This document shows positions 31,130 through 42,892 of a DNA stretch of 64,000 nt, one piece after another (position 1 is the stretch's first letter; each line of letters starts with the position of its first letter). Under the pieces are notes generated by a model. The model was not told the origin of the DNA and searched no databases. It worked only from the letters and a program-made list of their open reading frames with translations. The position numbers and the translations under genes are program-made. The stretch lies in assembly GCA_964016885.1 (NCBI GenBank), contig OZ024741.1:203608001-203672000 (forward strand). Direction: 5' to 3'. The DNA is from Eledone cirrhosa. Taxonomy: Eukaryota.

Positions 31130-32024
31130 ATGTATATATATAGTCCCATACGTAGATCAATTGTGATTAAAAACTGAAATGCGAATCGATCTGCACACAG
31201 TGGAGATTCCCTACTTAACCGTTGCACTCCGCCTAAGACTAATGCCCGGTGTATATAATACTAACATACGTCAATGTTTATTATAAGTGTGAGTCGAAGC
31301 TGCAGTGCTATTTCACAGGCGAGGCTCTCATAACAAGCAGACAAATAAAACCTTCATATTCTTTCCAGCATTGTATCTCTCTATCATTCTCTTACTTGTT
31401 TTACTCATTAGACTGCGGCTATGTTAGAGCATGGCTTTGCTATCTGTTGTTATTCATAAGAAGTCTTCAAAATATTTTCAAAATTGTTATATAAAGTTAA
31501 AATGTTACAATTTAGTATCTATTGAAATGTTTCAACGACGTAGCATAACCAAAATAGTTTAATGTATCTGCCTTTCCAAAATGCATAAACCAATTGAAAT
31601 GGAGCCAGCTAAGTATTGGATCTTGAAGACTTTCATACGACTCTGATTGATGGCTGTAGTGTGTATATACATATGTGTACTTCCGTGTAAGCATATTAGA
31701 TTATAATCTTTTACATAATTATCATTGATTCTTCATCAGGTATATTAACCACTACACACATCATACATTAATACATTATCATATATTCATTTTATTATTA
31801 TTATTATTATTGACGAAAGTGGATGTACGTTTTTTGAAGCTCCGTGAGTAAGCAATTTTTTGAGGATTAATTGTGGAGAATTGTTTATTTTTTTGTACCG
31901 CTGAAGCATTATAAGACATTCATTTGTATCCTGTGAAGGAATAACTCATAATATTTGGGCCTTTTGGCCCAAATATTTGAACTTTATTTTGGAAAAAATA
32001 ATAATTTTTTTTCTCAAAAAAAAC

Positions 32025-33488
32025 ATGGCGGAGCCACGCCCCCTAGAGGCGGGTCTGCTGTCGTGCAACGGCGACTTGAGCGTTGAGAGGAGAGGTGGGG
32101 CGAGGAGCGCCACCAGCACGAGTGTGAGCAGCGACAGTGCCAGCACCAACGGGCCGAGCGGCGCGGAAGGTGGTAACAGCGACAACACCAACACCAACAA
32201 GCCGAACAGCGCAGAAGGTGGTAATAGCGAGAGCACCAACAAAACGAACAGCACAGAGAGTAATAGTAGCGACAGCAGCAGCACCAACAAGGCCAACAGC
32301 ACAGAGGGTAACCACGACACAGGGGAGAACAACAACAGCAATAGCAGCAGCAACACCAACAAGAACAACAACAGTGACAACACCAACAAGAACACCTTCG
32401 CTGCTGTGGCAGCGGCTAAAAGGAGACCATGCTACAGCATCGACTTAACCAACAGAGAGGAAAAGTTGGCCCAGGCCTGGAAAATCATAAATCAAGAGCA
32501 GACTTGGGCAAACTTAACTGTCCCGGCAGAAGCCATTGAGGCAGTGGAAAAAAGAACGGTGCATTTCAGATGCATCTCAGTAGAGACAAAGAGGGCAGCG
32601 ATAATCGCCCAAGCTGATATAGAAGCCGCACTGAAATACATCAGAGAGGACACAGACTTCATAGAGAGGGGCAGGCAATACGGCACCGTTTCGGTGCTGT
32701 TCAAGTCTGAAGCCCTCGCTGTGAAGCATTCAATGACCCCTTGCAAAACCAGCAAGGTCATAATGTACCCCTCCCACATGGGAAAACGAATAGCACGTGT
32801 GCGCATTCCCAGGATTCCACCAGGACTTGATATGTGGTGGCTCCTGGGTTGCGTAATCGTGGAAGGAACGGATACAGTCCCGGTAGAGGCAACGAGAACT
32901 GCCAGGGACGACTGGTCCGGGGTTGATCTGGAGATACTGCTCCAAATCAGACCCGAAAACGTAAAAGCAATCCCGGACCACATCCGCCTCCAAAACGGGA
33001 GGGTGTTGCATATAATGACTGAGGGCAAAAGGCCGCATTGTTTCCTTTGTGGGGAAACGACACACTTGCGAGCCTTCTGCCCTCAACTGCCGAAAAGCGC
33101 AAGGGGTCGAAAGATTCCACTGCTGGCGACGACGGGACAAGGACCACCAGCAACACCGTCAACAATGGAACCACCAAAATTGCACACCCAGGGGGGAAAC
33201 GAGGAAAGCTCTCCCATTCCCCCTCCCCCCAAAAATACACACACGAACAAGAACATAAACACTCACTCAGACACAAACACGCTCACAGCCACAGACCCCT
33301 CATCCTCCAGCAGTGAAGATGAGGGAAAACCAAAGTCCCCCAAAATACAAAAAACAAAACACAAAAAAAAAGAAATCCACAAAGCACAAACACCCCCACA
33401 AAAAAAATACACACACCACCCACACAAACATTTTCCCCACAGCATCACCAACACAACCACCAAAATCCCCCAAACGCAAACAAGCTAA
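32025..33488 (+). CDS. LINE ORF1 gag-like protein with CCHC knuckle; probably continues via frameshifts to 33931
   Basis: AAACATGG start at 32025; CFLCGETTHLRAFC; S/N/T-rich N-terminus; overlapping ORFs 33313-33633 and 33641-33931 across A-rich runs. Confidence 0.85.
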   Translation: MAEPRPLEAGLLSCNGDLSVERRGGARSATSTSVSSDSASTNGPSGAEGGNSDNTNTNKPNSAEGGNSESTNKTNSTESNSSDSSSTNKANSTEGNHDTGENNNSNSSSNTNKNNNSDNTNKNTFAAVAAAKRRPCYSIDLTNREEKLAQAWKIINQEQTWANLTVPAEAIEAVEKRTVHFRCISVETKRAAIIAQADIEAALKYIREDTDFIERGRQYGTVSVLFKSEALAVKHSMTPCKTSKVIMYPSHMGKRIARVRIPRIPPGLDMWWLLGCVIVEGTDTVPVEATRTARDDWSGVDLEILLQIRPENVKAIPDHIRLQNGRVLHIMTEGKRPHCFLCGETTHLRAFCPQLPKSARGRKIPLLATTGQGPPATPSTMEPPKLHTQGGNEESSPIPPPPKNTHTNKNINTHSDTNTLTATDPSSSSSEDEGKPKSPKIQKTKHKKKEIHKAQTPPQKKYTHHPHKHFPHSITNTTTKIPQTQTS

Positions 33489-33960
33489 ACAGACACAAGA
33501 ACAAATAGACACACAAACATCAGAAACTACAGACACCCCACCCACAACAAACGCAGACAATAGAAACAACACTAACAAAGCTATCACCACCACAATCACA
33601 CGAACAAATAAAACCCGAGCAACAAAACATTAAAAACTTCGTGCTTGCCAGAAGGGCCAACAAGGAATTGATGGCCCATGTAGCACGAAGCACAAACATC
33701 GAAAAAGAGGGGGAAACATTTGAAGCGAGCACATTTCGCGTACCAGATAATTTGCTTCTGATGCGAATGTCGCTCGCTTCATACAAAGAAATTCGAAAGA
33801 GCTTTCCTCGGGATGTGGGAACCCCGAACGTAAAACCCACCTCAAGACTATTAAAGGGGTTCCCAAAAGAAACCCCACAAACCATGGAGGTCGAACCACC
33901 CGACCTTCACAAGACCCCGGAAGGTAAGTAAACCTTTACTCTCCCATTCATCCTGCCAGC

Positions 33961-36900
33961 ATGGCCATAAGAGTAGGAAGTTTAAATGTTCGTGGCCTGG
34001 GGTCGCCCTGGAAGCAAGGTCACTTGCTCAACGACCTCAGGTCACTAGGAATGGATGTAATTGCCATCAGCGAGACCAGAATTTCCGACACACGCGCACT
34101 GGCGCCGATTTTCGACGATTATCAGATCTTTGCATCTGTTAGTCGGCCGGGAATGGGAGGTGGAGTGGCTGTGCTGTTTAGGAAATGTCTGGATCTCGAG
34201 GTAAGGTCAATCTTCCGGGATCCTGACGGAAAGTTGGTGGTCCTGGACGTGAGCAATAGCGAAGGTGGTGCCTTTAGACTGGTGGCCGTCTACGCCCCTA
34301 CTGGGGCCGGTCGGCCGGACTTCTTTAGGCGCCTGGAAAACTTTCTGCTTACGTCTCGCCCTTTACTGTTAATAGGGGATTGGAATGGCATCTTAGAAGC
34401 ACGCTGGGATTGTGTGGGAGTATCTGATAGGAGCGGGGGGTGCAAAAGCCTCAAGTACCTGATCAGCCAGTTTCAACTGTCTGACAGGTACCGACTAGAT
34501 TTCCCTAATGCGCCAGTATGGACCTGGACCAATCGCATAGGGTCATCTAGATCGTACATAGATAGGATTTTCATTAGGAAAAGAGATAGAAATAGTGTAG
34601 GATGTCCACATTTTAAAACGGTTGCCTATTCAGATCACAAGCTTGTGATCTGTATGGTCGACCTAGATAAGACACGTAGGTTAGGACCTAGCTACTGGAA
34701 GCTAAACATGTCGTTTCCGGCACGTAAAGCTTACAGGGACCGGGTCAACAACTTAGTTAAGCAAAAGTTGACAGGGGGGGTTGTCAACAACAGGTGGTGG
34801 GGGGCTCTCAAAAGAGAGATTAGAGCAACCTCGATAGGATTTAGCAAAGAAGTAGCAATAGAGAAAAATAGAAAGGAGGAGGGGCTGATAGCTAAGTTAG
34901 ACGAGGCTATTTGTAGTGGCATTGCAACAGACGTGCTAGCGGCGAGAATGGCACTAGACCATTTCTTCAATGCGAAACATGAAGGTTGCATTGTCAGAGC
35001 TAAGGCGCGTGCTCTGAGGAACGAGGGAACCAAAGCTGCCCGATGGGCTCGCTTTGCAGAGACGCAGCGTGGAAATAAAACCACAATTCGGTCTTTGACG
35101 GATCGAGATGGACACGAACTGAGCGATTCCAAGCAGATGTGTGAGGCCTTTCGCCAGCACTTTGCTCGATTGTTCGGGAGGATGGGTGAGTCGGAGACGG
35201 CGGCGGACTTCAGTCCCTACCTCGACGGCTTGCTACGCCTCTCGACGGCCGACGCTGAGCGCTGCGAAGAGCCGATAACATCAGTCGAAATTCAGGACGC
35301 CCTTGTCGGCTGCTCGAGTCGCAAGTTACCCGGTTTGGATGGTCTGCCCTACGAGCTTTACGTAAATATGCCAGACTTGTTCTCCGATCTCCTCGAAGCG
35401 CTCTACTGCAACTGGCAGCAGAACGGGAGCATTCCCAGTTCTGTGAGCCGTGGCGTAGTGACGCTGATAAGGAAAGACGAGAACAAGAGGGACACACTAG
35501 ATAATTTCAGGCCCATAACCCTGCTCAACACAGAGTTTAAGATTTTGGCCAAGGTGTTAGCGAAAAGGTTGGCGCTTGTCGTCAAAGATTTGGTTGGGGA
35601 GGCGCAAACTTGCGCAATCCCGACCAGGTCCATACACGACAACCTCCACCTCATGCGATACATCATAGAGAGGGTTGGGTGCAAACCTGGCTTCGGTGGG
35701 GCTCTGATCAATTTAGATCAATCGAAAGCATTCGATAGGGTCGACCATCGGTACTTGGAGGCTGTCCTCGAGGCGGCTGGCTTCGGCCCCGTCTTCAGAA
35801 GCTGGATCGCTGCAATGTACAGCGGCATCTGCTCGGTGGTCAAAGTTAATGGCCACCTCTCGGAACCGTTTCAGATCTCTCGATCGGTCCGTCAAGGGTG
35901 CCCTCTCTCCTCACTTCTGTACGTATTGACTCTTGAGCCTCTACTGCGGAAGCTGGAGTTGTTGCAGGGCATCCCGCTCGAACCGGGACGTAGAAAGGCT
36001 GCGTCCGCTTATGCGGACGACATCACCGTGATGGTGTCGGACACCTCGGAAATCGAGGTGATCCGCACCCATTTGGAGGAATATGAAAGGTTGACGGGAG
36101 CAAAACTTAACCCGGAAAAGTCGGTGGGCTTGCAGCTCGGCACCTGGAGAGGCAAGTCCATGCCGTCCAACAGCGTCGTTGGGCGCTGGACAGACGGACC
36201 GGTAAAGTTGCTCGGGGTTTGGTTCGGACCAGACCTCCAGGTGGATAAGAATTGGGACGAGGTGACGAGCAGGATAGCCAACCTCACCCAGAAATGGGCT
36301 GAGAGAAAGCTATCACTGAAAGGGCGGGCGGAGGTGGCGAACGCGTACATCGCGTCCGTCATCTACTACCGCCTGACCGTTGTGCCTTGCCCCCGTCCAC
36401 GCCTCGCCAATTTGGAACGGCTCCTTTTCAAATTTTTGTGGAGGGGAGGGGTCCCGTTGGTGAGGCGGTCCATCTGCTGCCAGCACCCTCTTCGTGGAGG
36501 GCTGGGCATGCCGTGGCTAATGATGCGCAGACATGCGCTGAGGCTGCGACATCTCCAGATATTTTGCCTAAACGGTGAACAGGTGTGGTCGCCGTTTGTT
36601 AGACGGGCCTTTCCGCAGCTCATCTCTTTGACTGAGCTGCAGTCCTGGGTCAAGAAGAGACCGAGACTGGGCGACTGGCATCTGGAATGTTGCCAGGCGC
36701 TCACTGCACTCTGCAAGGTGGGCAATGCGGTCAGTGGAACTTCCACTCAAGATTTCTATAGAGGATTAGTGGAGGGCAAGTACGATGACGTACTAGGAGA
36801 GGCTCTAGGCGTCAACGAAGTAGAACTGACCAGTATGTTCCGGAGGACTTTCGAGCCGGGGACGATGGATAACTTCCAGAAATCCCTCGCTTGGCAGTGC

Positions 36901-37380
36901 TACCGGGGGGCGCTGCCGGTTCGGGATAAACTCTACAGGCACGGAAGTGCTGTCAGACGAACCTGCCCGAGATGCGCGCAGAGCGACGAAACCGTTCTGC
37001 ACGCACTCGTCCAGTGTCCGTGCATTGCTGACTTGTGGGGTTATGTCGAACAGCTATTGTCACGTGTAGAACGGATCCGGCTATCGTCCGAGTCCATAGT
37101 GAAGATTGACCCGCCGCCTTCTTTTGGTCAGGAAGGGCAGGCAATTTTCCTCTGCCTGGTGGCAGTAGCGAAAGAGGTTGCATGGTGGACCAGGTTGAAA
37201 GGACTGAAGACAGACACTTTTCTCTTCGGCCAATCCCTCATCAACTTCTTCAAGTTTCACTTGGAAAGGAAGGTGAGGGTGGAGAGAGAAGTGCTGCCCC
37301 CGAGTACATTTACTGAAAGGTGGGTGAATGTGGCGAGAATGGCCCGCGTGAGTGGGCCTACTCTGATCATGCGCCAGTAG
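33961..37380 (+). CDS. LINE ORF2: APE endonuclease, reverse transcriptase, C-terminal CCHC (1139 aa, intact)
   Basis: SLNVRGL, ISET, GDWN, SYIDR, SDH; PGLDG, FRPITLLN, DQSKAFDRV, RQGCPLS, YADD; CPRC..H...C. Confidence 0.97.
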   Translation: MAIRVGSLNVRGLGSPWKQGHLLNDLRSLGMDVIAISETRISDTRALAPIFDDYQIFASVSRPGMGGGVAVLFRKCLDLEVRSIFRDPDGKLVVLDVSNSEGGAFRLVAVYAPTGAGRPDFFRRLENFLLTSRPLLLIGDWNGILEARWDCVGVSDRSGGCKSLKYLISQFQLSDRYRLDFPNAPVWTWTNRIGSSRSYIDRIFIRKRDRNSVGCPHFKTVAYSDHKLVICMVDLDKTRRLGPSYWKLNMSFPARKAYRDRVNNLVKQKLTGGVVNNRWWGALKREIRATSIGFSKEVAIEKNRKEEGLIAKLDEAICSGIATDVLAARMALDHFFNAKHEGCIVRAKARALRNEGTKAARWARFAETQRGNKTTIRSLTDRDGHELSDSKQMCEAFRQHFARLFGRMGESETAADFSPYLDGLLRLSTADAERCEEPITSVEIQDALVGCSSRKLPGLDGLPYELYVNMPDLFSDLLEALYCNWQQNGSIPSSVSRGVVTLIRKDENKRDTLDNFRPITLLNTEFKILAKVLAKRLALVVKDLVGEAQTCAIPTRSIHDNLHLMRYIIERVGCKPGFGGALINLDQSKAFDRVDHRYLEAVLEAAGFGPVFRSWIAAMYSGICSVVKVNGHLSEPFQISRSVRQGCPLSSLLYVLTLEPLLRKLELLQGIPLEPGRRKAASAYADDITVMVSDTSEIEVIRTHLEEYERLTGAKLNPEKSVGLQLGTWRGKSMPSNSVVGRWTDGPVKLLGVWFGPDLQVDKNWDEVTSRIANLTQKWAERKLSLKGRAEVANAYIASVIYYRLTVVPCPRPRLANLERLLFKFLWRGGVPLVRRSICCQHPLRGGLGMPWLMMRRHALRLRHLQIFCLNGEQVWSPFVRRAFPQLISLTELQSWVKKRPRLGDWHLECCQALTALCKVGNAVSGTSTQDFYRGLVEGKYDDVLGEALGVNEVELTSMFRRTFEPGTMDNFQKSLAWQCYRGALPVRDKLYRHGSAVRRTCPRCAQSDETVLHALVQCPCIADLWGYVEQLLSRVERIRLSSESIVKIDPPPSFGQEGQAIFLCLVAVAKEVAWWTRLKGLKTDTFLFGQSLINFFKFHLERKVRVEREVLPPSTFTERWVNVARMARVSGPTLIMRQ

Positions 37381-37659
37381 GCTGGTGAATTCGAGAAGGA
37401 GAGGGGTGCCCTTCCCGGGTGCCCTAGGAGCGTCGGGTGGCTCAGGACTGGTGGGGTGCTTGAGTCAACCCTGGGTGGTGATCCCTCTTATTGGGGAACT
37501 TTCATTGTTGTATTTTTATTGTTATTTTGTTTTTTGTTATTTATACTTACTCGATCTCTATGTAAACCCCCACTGTCCCTGTCTATTGTGTTGTCCCCTA
37601 TATGTCGGCCCTTGTCGCCAATAAATGAAATCATTATTATTATTATTATTATTATTAAG

Positions 37660-38085
37660 GGTCGGGGATTGGCAGTATCAGTAGAAGGTCGGACGCCATG
37701 CTTTCCAGCATAGTTACGTCCCTTTACGGTCTGAGTTCAAATCCCGCCGAGGTTAACTTTGCCTTTCATCCTTACGGGGTCGATAAAATAAAGTACCTGT
37801 AATGCACTGGGATAATTGCTGGCCTTGTGCCAAAAGTAGAAACAATTATTATTATTATTATCTGTTACAATTGGTAGTATCGGTAGAACGTCGGACAATA
37901 TGCTTGACCGCATAGTGTCATGGTTCTTTACGTTCTGAGTTCAAATCCCGCTGAGGTTAAATTTACCTTTCATCCTTACGGGATCGATAAAATAAAGCAC
38001 CAATAAGAAACTGGGATCAATTTAATCGACTTTCCTTCCCCTTCAAATTGCTGGCCTTGTACCAAATGTAGATACAATTATTATA
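37660..38085 (+). mobile_element. Two tandem family A SINEs
   Basis: Copies at ~37660-37860 and ~37870-38085 with A/B boxes and ATT tails. Confidence 0.9.
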
Positions 38086-38749
38086 ATCTGTTATTAGATG
38101 GATAGTTTAAAATATTGCTTTGTTTTGTAACACGCTAGAAAGAGATTGTCATTGTCCATACAATGACAAATTGTATTCATAATTCAAATCACAGCTTATC
38201 TATATTATGTGGTATTTCCTGCCATATTGGGTTTCCTTTTGACAATAAAATTGGCTGTTGTTGAATATCTGTGCGCACCCCATAGGCATATGTGTTCTAA
38301 GATAACTGAAACTTTTAAATTGAGGATCAAATCAGTGACTCGGCTAAGTAGGAGTTGAACTCTTCTACAGCGGTTGCCATAATATTTGGGGAGGGAGGTC
38401 TCGACATAGAGGTCTATTTTGGATAGACTTTGTAGGATGTGACGTTCTTGTATTTATCAGACTTACTTTCGGTGCAAATAAACTGATATATTTTAAACTA
38501 TAGCGTGAAACCACTTAGTGGTATGTATGCATTTGTCAGACAATTTCAATTTGCTTTCTAAGCCTGCATTTTCTAATACATAATCCTCACTCTTCTATGC
38601 CAAATCATGTGTTAGATTGCAACACCACCTCTTTGGATGTTTCTACATCACTGCTACAGGGCAGAGATATTTAATGATTTATTTCTTGATTGTATGAAAT
38701 TATTATGTTTAACTTAATTATGAACAAACAAATGTATTATTTACAGTAA

Positions 38750-38960
38750 CAATAATAATTTCTTATATAGGCACAATGCCAGCAATTTTGGGGGAGGGGA
38801 AAGTCGATTAAATCGACTCCAGTGCGTGACTGGTACTTTATTTTATCGACCCCGTAAGGATAAAAGGCAAAGTTAACCTCGGCGGGATTTGAACTCAGAT
38901 CATAAAGGGGCGTAACTCTATGCTGCAAAGCATGGCGTCCGACCCTCTACCGATACTGTC
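38750..38960 (-). mobile_element. Family A SINE
   Basis: Reverse complement of the same consensus. Confidence 0.9.
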
Positions 38961-39917
38961 AAATGAAAACTATAATGACAGCAATAATAAAAAAGGGGGA
39001 AACAAAAGGAAAGAAAGAATAGGGAAATATAGAGTAAAAAGAAAAAGAACGGGAAGAGGAGGGGGTGGCAGGAGCTCTGGTGTCGTAGATGTGAGGAGAG
39101 GGGTGAAGGGATAGGATGATTGGGATTTGGGCCTAGGGCAAGAATTGCTGCACCCCGCGGACAAGATAGCAAAAGCATTCCCGCGGACGATGGCCAGTGA
39201 CACCCGTTGCAACAACCACCCAACTTCGCGGGGTTCCCTTCTCAGATGAGCCGCCGACGCTTCGACCTGGCGGAGGAGCTCTGCAATACGGGGTCCAAAT
39301 ACGCCTGAGGTCTGTATTTTTTTTTATGGGGCAAATATCATGATGATGGATTCTTGCAGTAGCGAAGTACCTTTCAGCGGGAAATTACATCACCCTTTAA
39401 ATTATGTTCCGTAGTGATACACATTGTGTCTTGGGCATTTAAAATAGGCGGGGCTTAGCCATCTCAATATCTGGACATGGATGTTTCTTCCAGAGAGTGA
39501 GAAAGTGGAGGAGTGAGAGAGAGGGGGGTGAGAGAGAGGGGAGTAAGAGAGAGAGAGAGGTAGGTGGGAGGAAGAGTGAGGGATGGAGTAAGAGATAAAA
39601 AGGAAGAATCGATCTCAGTGCTGGAATGGTACTTTATTTATCGACCTCGAGAGGGTAAAAGGTACAGCGTACCTGGTTGGGATTTGAACTAGGAGCGCAG
39701 AAATCCAAAACGAATACTGCCAAACATTCTATCCGTCGATCTAATGTCCCGGCATACTTTTCAATACTAAAAGGAAAGATGTTTAAATAACCCACAATTT
39801 CCCTCCGTATTGCTAAATAAACATTAATTCTTTCAGAGCAGGGTAAGACTGGAAGATAACACCATTTTACAACGACGTGGAAAGTAAAGAAGAAAATTTA
39901 GTTTCCTCTTCTTCTAG

Positions 39918-39980
39918 CTTCAAAGTCTAATAAAGAGACACAAAATGTCATCACCGAACAATAAATATCGAAGACAAATG
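39918..39980 (+). CDS. Putative first coding exon of chitin synthase-like gene (ATG at 39945: MSSPNNKYRRQM)
   Basis: TTTCCTCTTCTTCTAG acceptor, CAAAATG context, ATG|GTAAGT donor; phase 0 fits the next exon. Confidence 0.55.
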
Positions 39981-40063
39981 GTAAGTAACATTCATCTTAT
40001 TGTTGGTGAAATAGAAATAGGTGTTTTTTTTATATTTTCTGCTAAAATAAAAAGCGTTTCCTT

Positions 40064-40122
<59 letters not shown>

Positions 40123-40407
40123 TAGCTGTCGAAACGGCCGGAGCTCAGCCGTCGCGGTCTTGACTCTTTTCCTGTATATATATAAATAAAGAACGATCGA
40201 CTTTCGTCAAATCGGACCGAGGGAACAATGTTTCCGTTGGTCTTTCCAATTGCTAATACTATCTATCGGTCGCAACTTCAGGTAGAAGGAGCAATGTGAA
40301 ATAAAGTGTCTTGCTCAAGGACATAACGCATCGCCTGGTCCAGGAATCGAACTCACAACCTTATGATTGCGAATCCAATTCTCTAACCACTCAGCCACAC
40401 GCCTTCA

Positions 40408-40582
<175 letters not shown>

Positions 40583-40756
40583 TTCAAGAGTAACCAATCT
40601 TAAAGAGAGAGATGGAGGTGGGAGAGGAGATAGGAGAGGAGAAGAGAGATTGGTGAATTAGTTAGAAGCCAAAGCGTAAAGGCATGTGCTCAATAGAAGG
40701 CAGCTAGGTGGCTGTGTTCATGCAGAGGTTAGGTGCACAGAGCTGGAAATATTCAT

Positions 40757-41448
40757 TAGTTAAGCAAAAGAAGACCACAAATTTCACAAGGAAGACATTA
40801 TTAAAAGATTGTCAACATAGTTTTAGTTTGATGTAAGGAATGTAGAGAATAATAATAATAATATTAATAATTATAATGTCCGTTTACAATTGTTTCGCTA
40901 CTCCATATAATGTTTCTGGATCAAATGATTATAGATCGTTATTGATCTGGTTCAGTTGAAAATAATTAACTTAGGTACAATTAGAGCAGCTCATCGGAAC
41001 TTCAAAAGGAATATAAATTAAAATAAGGAAAGAATGTTACATGAATGTAATATTCCATATAATCAATAATTGTTTCTACTTTAGGCACAAGGCCAGCAAT
41101 TACCCAGTGCATTACTGGTACTTTATTTTATCGACCCCGTAAGGATGAAAGGCAAAGTAAACCTCGGCGGGATTTGAACTCAGACCGTAAAGGGACGTAA
41201 CTATGCTGGAAAGCATGGCGTCCGACTCTCTACCGATACTGCCAATCCACCACCGCTTATAATCAATAATGGTCTATAATCATTTGATCCAGAAACATTA
41301 TATGGAGTAGCGAAACAATTGTAAACGGACATTATTATTATTAATATTATTATTATTATTCTCTACATTCCTTACATCAAACTAAATCTATGTTGACAAT
41401 CTTTTAATAATGTCTTCCTTGTGAAATTTGTGGTCCTGTTTTGCTTAA

Positions 41449-41452
<4 letters not shown>
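40757..41452. mobile_element. Inverted PLE pLTR pair with a family A SINE (41065-41255, -) between the arms
   Basis: Arms ~40757-40946 and ~41262-41452 are reverse complements. Confidence 0.8.
40878..41002 (-). ncRNA. Hammerhead ribozyme with CCGATGA core and large stem II loop
   Basis: GTT-CCGATGA-GCTGCTC..~75 nt..GAGTAGC-GAAA-CAATTG-TA-AAC. Confidence 0.7.
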
Positions 41453-41507
<55 letters not shown>

Positions 41508-42744
41508 GGTGTTGGATGCTTAAGCATCCGTATGAGGTAGGCCGATTGAGCACTCGATGCCCTCGTCGAGCAGAGTATGATATCACAGAAAAAAGATAAT
41601 CAGTGTTGCGATGAAAGGAATTTATTGGACATATTACAAATGTTTCTCGAGGCACGATCGATATGGTGATCAAACCTGACTCTGAAATATCTCGGTCGTC
41701 GGATACGTCTCAATTCTACGAAGCAGATTTTGCTATAGTCCTTTAACATCGAATTTCTTCGTTTGTTGATTTAGATCCTGTTGTTGTCATTCCATGAGTG
41801 GTCAAGAACTGTACACGTCACCGGTATTTCTAGCCACTCATGGTTGCCCACTTCTTGCTTCCTCTCGTCCTCCACCTGTCAATCAAAATTTCTTCATGTA
41901 TCAGAATTACTACTGTAGTGGTAGAGGGGCTGTAATCTTGAACGGCTGGCATCACTAAGACGTCTTTATTGCCCCTAGGCATCCTAGTCTACATCGGTCA
42001 GGTACACACCCGCAATTATGCTGTATGCGGCATTCATCATAAATAATGTTTTGCGGGAATTTAAATTTAAAAAAACCATGCGGATATTTAGCGTAACATT
42101 TGTAGGACACAGCCTTGGGATACACTCCGCCATGCATATTTCAAAAAGAAAAAGAAAAAGAAAATCCTATATGAAGAATGTTTTTTAAAAAAACCTTTTT
42201 AAAAGAAAGCTTTCAACAATCATTCAAACGGAAGGGCTATATCAAAGGTGTTTTCAACAAATAGACCCCATTCTACACTCACACACTGGACTCAGGGGAG
42301 CGTGCATAGCCAAGACGCCGCACATATATAGGCAGATGAGAAAAAAAAAAAAAAGAGAAAAATCCATGGAAAGTCATCCGTACCCCACGCATACATGCTC
42401 AGACAAATACATCGACCCATGCATGTGCTCACCCGTGTTCATGCATGTCTGTGTGGGCACACATACATACATACATCCACACCGGATGCATATACTCGAT
42501 TAGTATCCCCCATCCGTCTACGCACGCGCTCCTGTGCAGATGGTGCACACAGTATTGTATGAGACAACGCATTTGAGGCCTTGACCCAACCTGATCACGT
42601 GGTGGTTTGATCCGAGGGTGCCTGCACAATATGCCAAAATGTTACGGCACCACAATATCCCTGCACTAATCGCATATAACGTGGGTGGCACATATATAAA
42701 AAAAAAGCTGTATGTACGTAACGTAAAATAATGAAATAATATAC

Positions 42745-42892
42745 AATAATTGTTTCTACTTTTGGCACAAAGCCAGCAATTACCCAGTGTATTACTGGTA
42801 CTTTATTTTACCGACCCCGTAAGGATGAAAGGCAAAGTCAACCTCGGCGGGATTTGAACTCAGGCCGTAAAGGGACGTAACTATGCTGGAAA
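42745..42892 (-). mobile_element. 5'-truncated family A SINE inserted in the left arm only
   Basis: Absent from the right arm; flanked by AATATACAATAA duplication. Confidence 0.85.

Larger units (their letters stand above)
31812..37656 (+). mobile_element. Near full-length L1/Tx1-clade non-LTR retrotransposon flanked by (ATT)n
   Basis: 5' UTR, ORF1, ORF2, 3' UTR with AATAAA; ATT runs at 31793-31811 and 37633-37656. Confidence 0.95.

Noticed and set aside
34731-37183. Antisense and alternative-frame ORFs within LINE ORF2
   Set aside because: Shadow ORFs of a GC-richer coding region with no recognisable motifs
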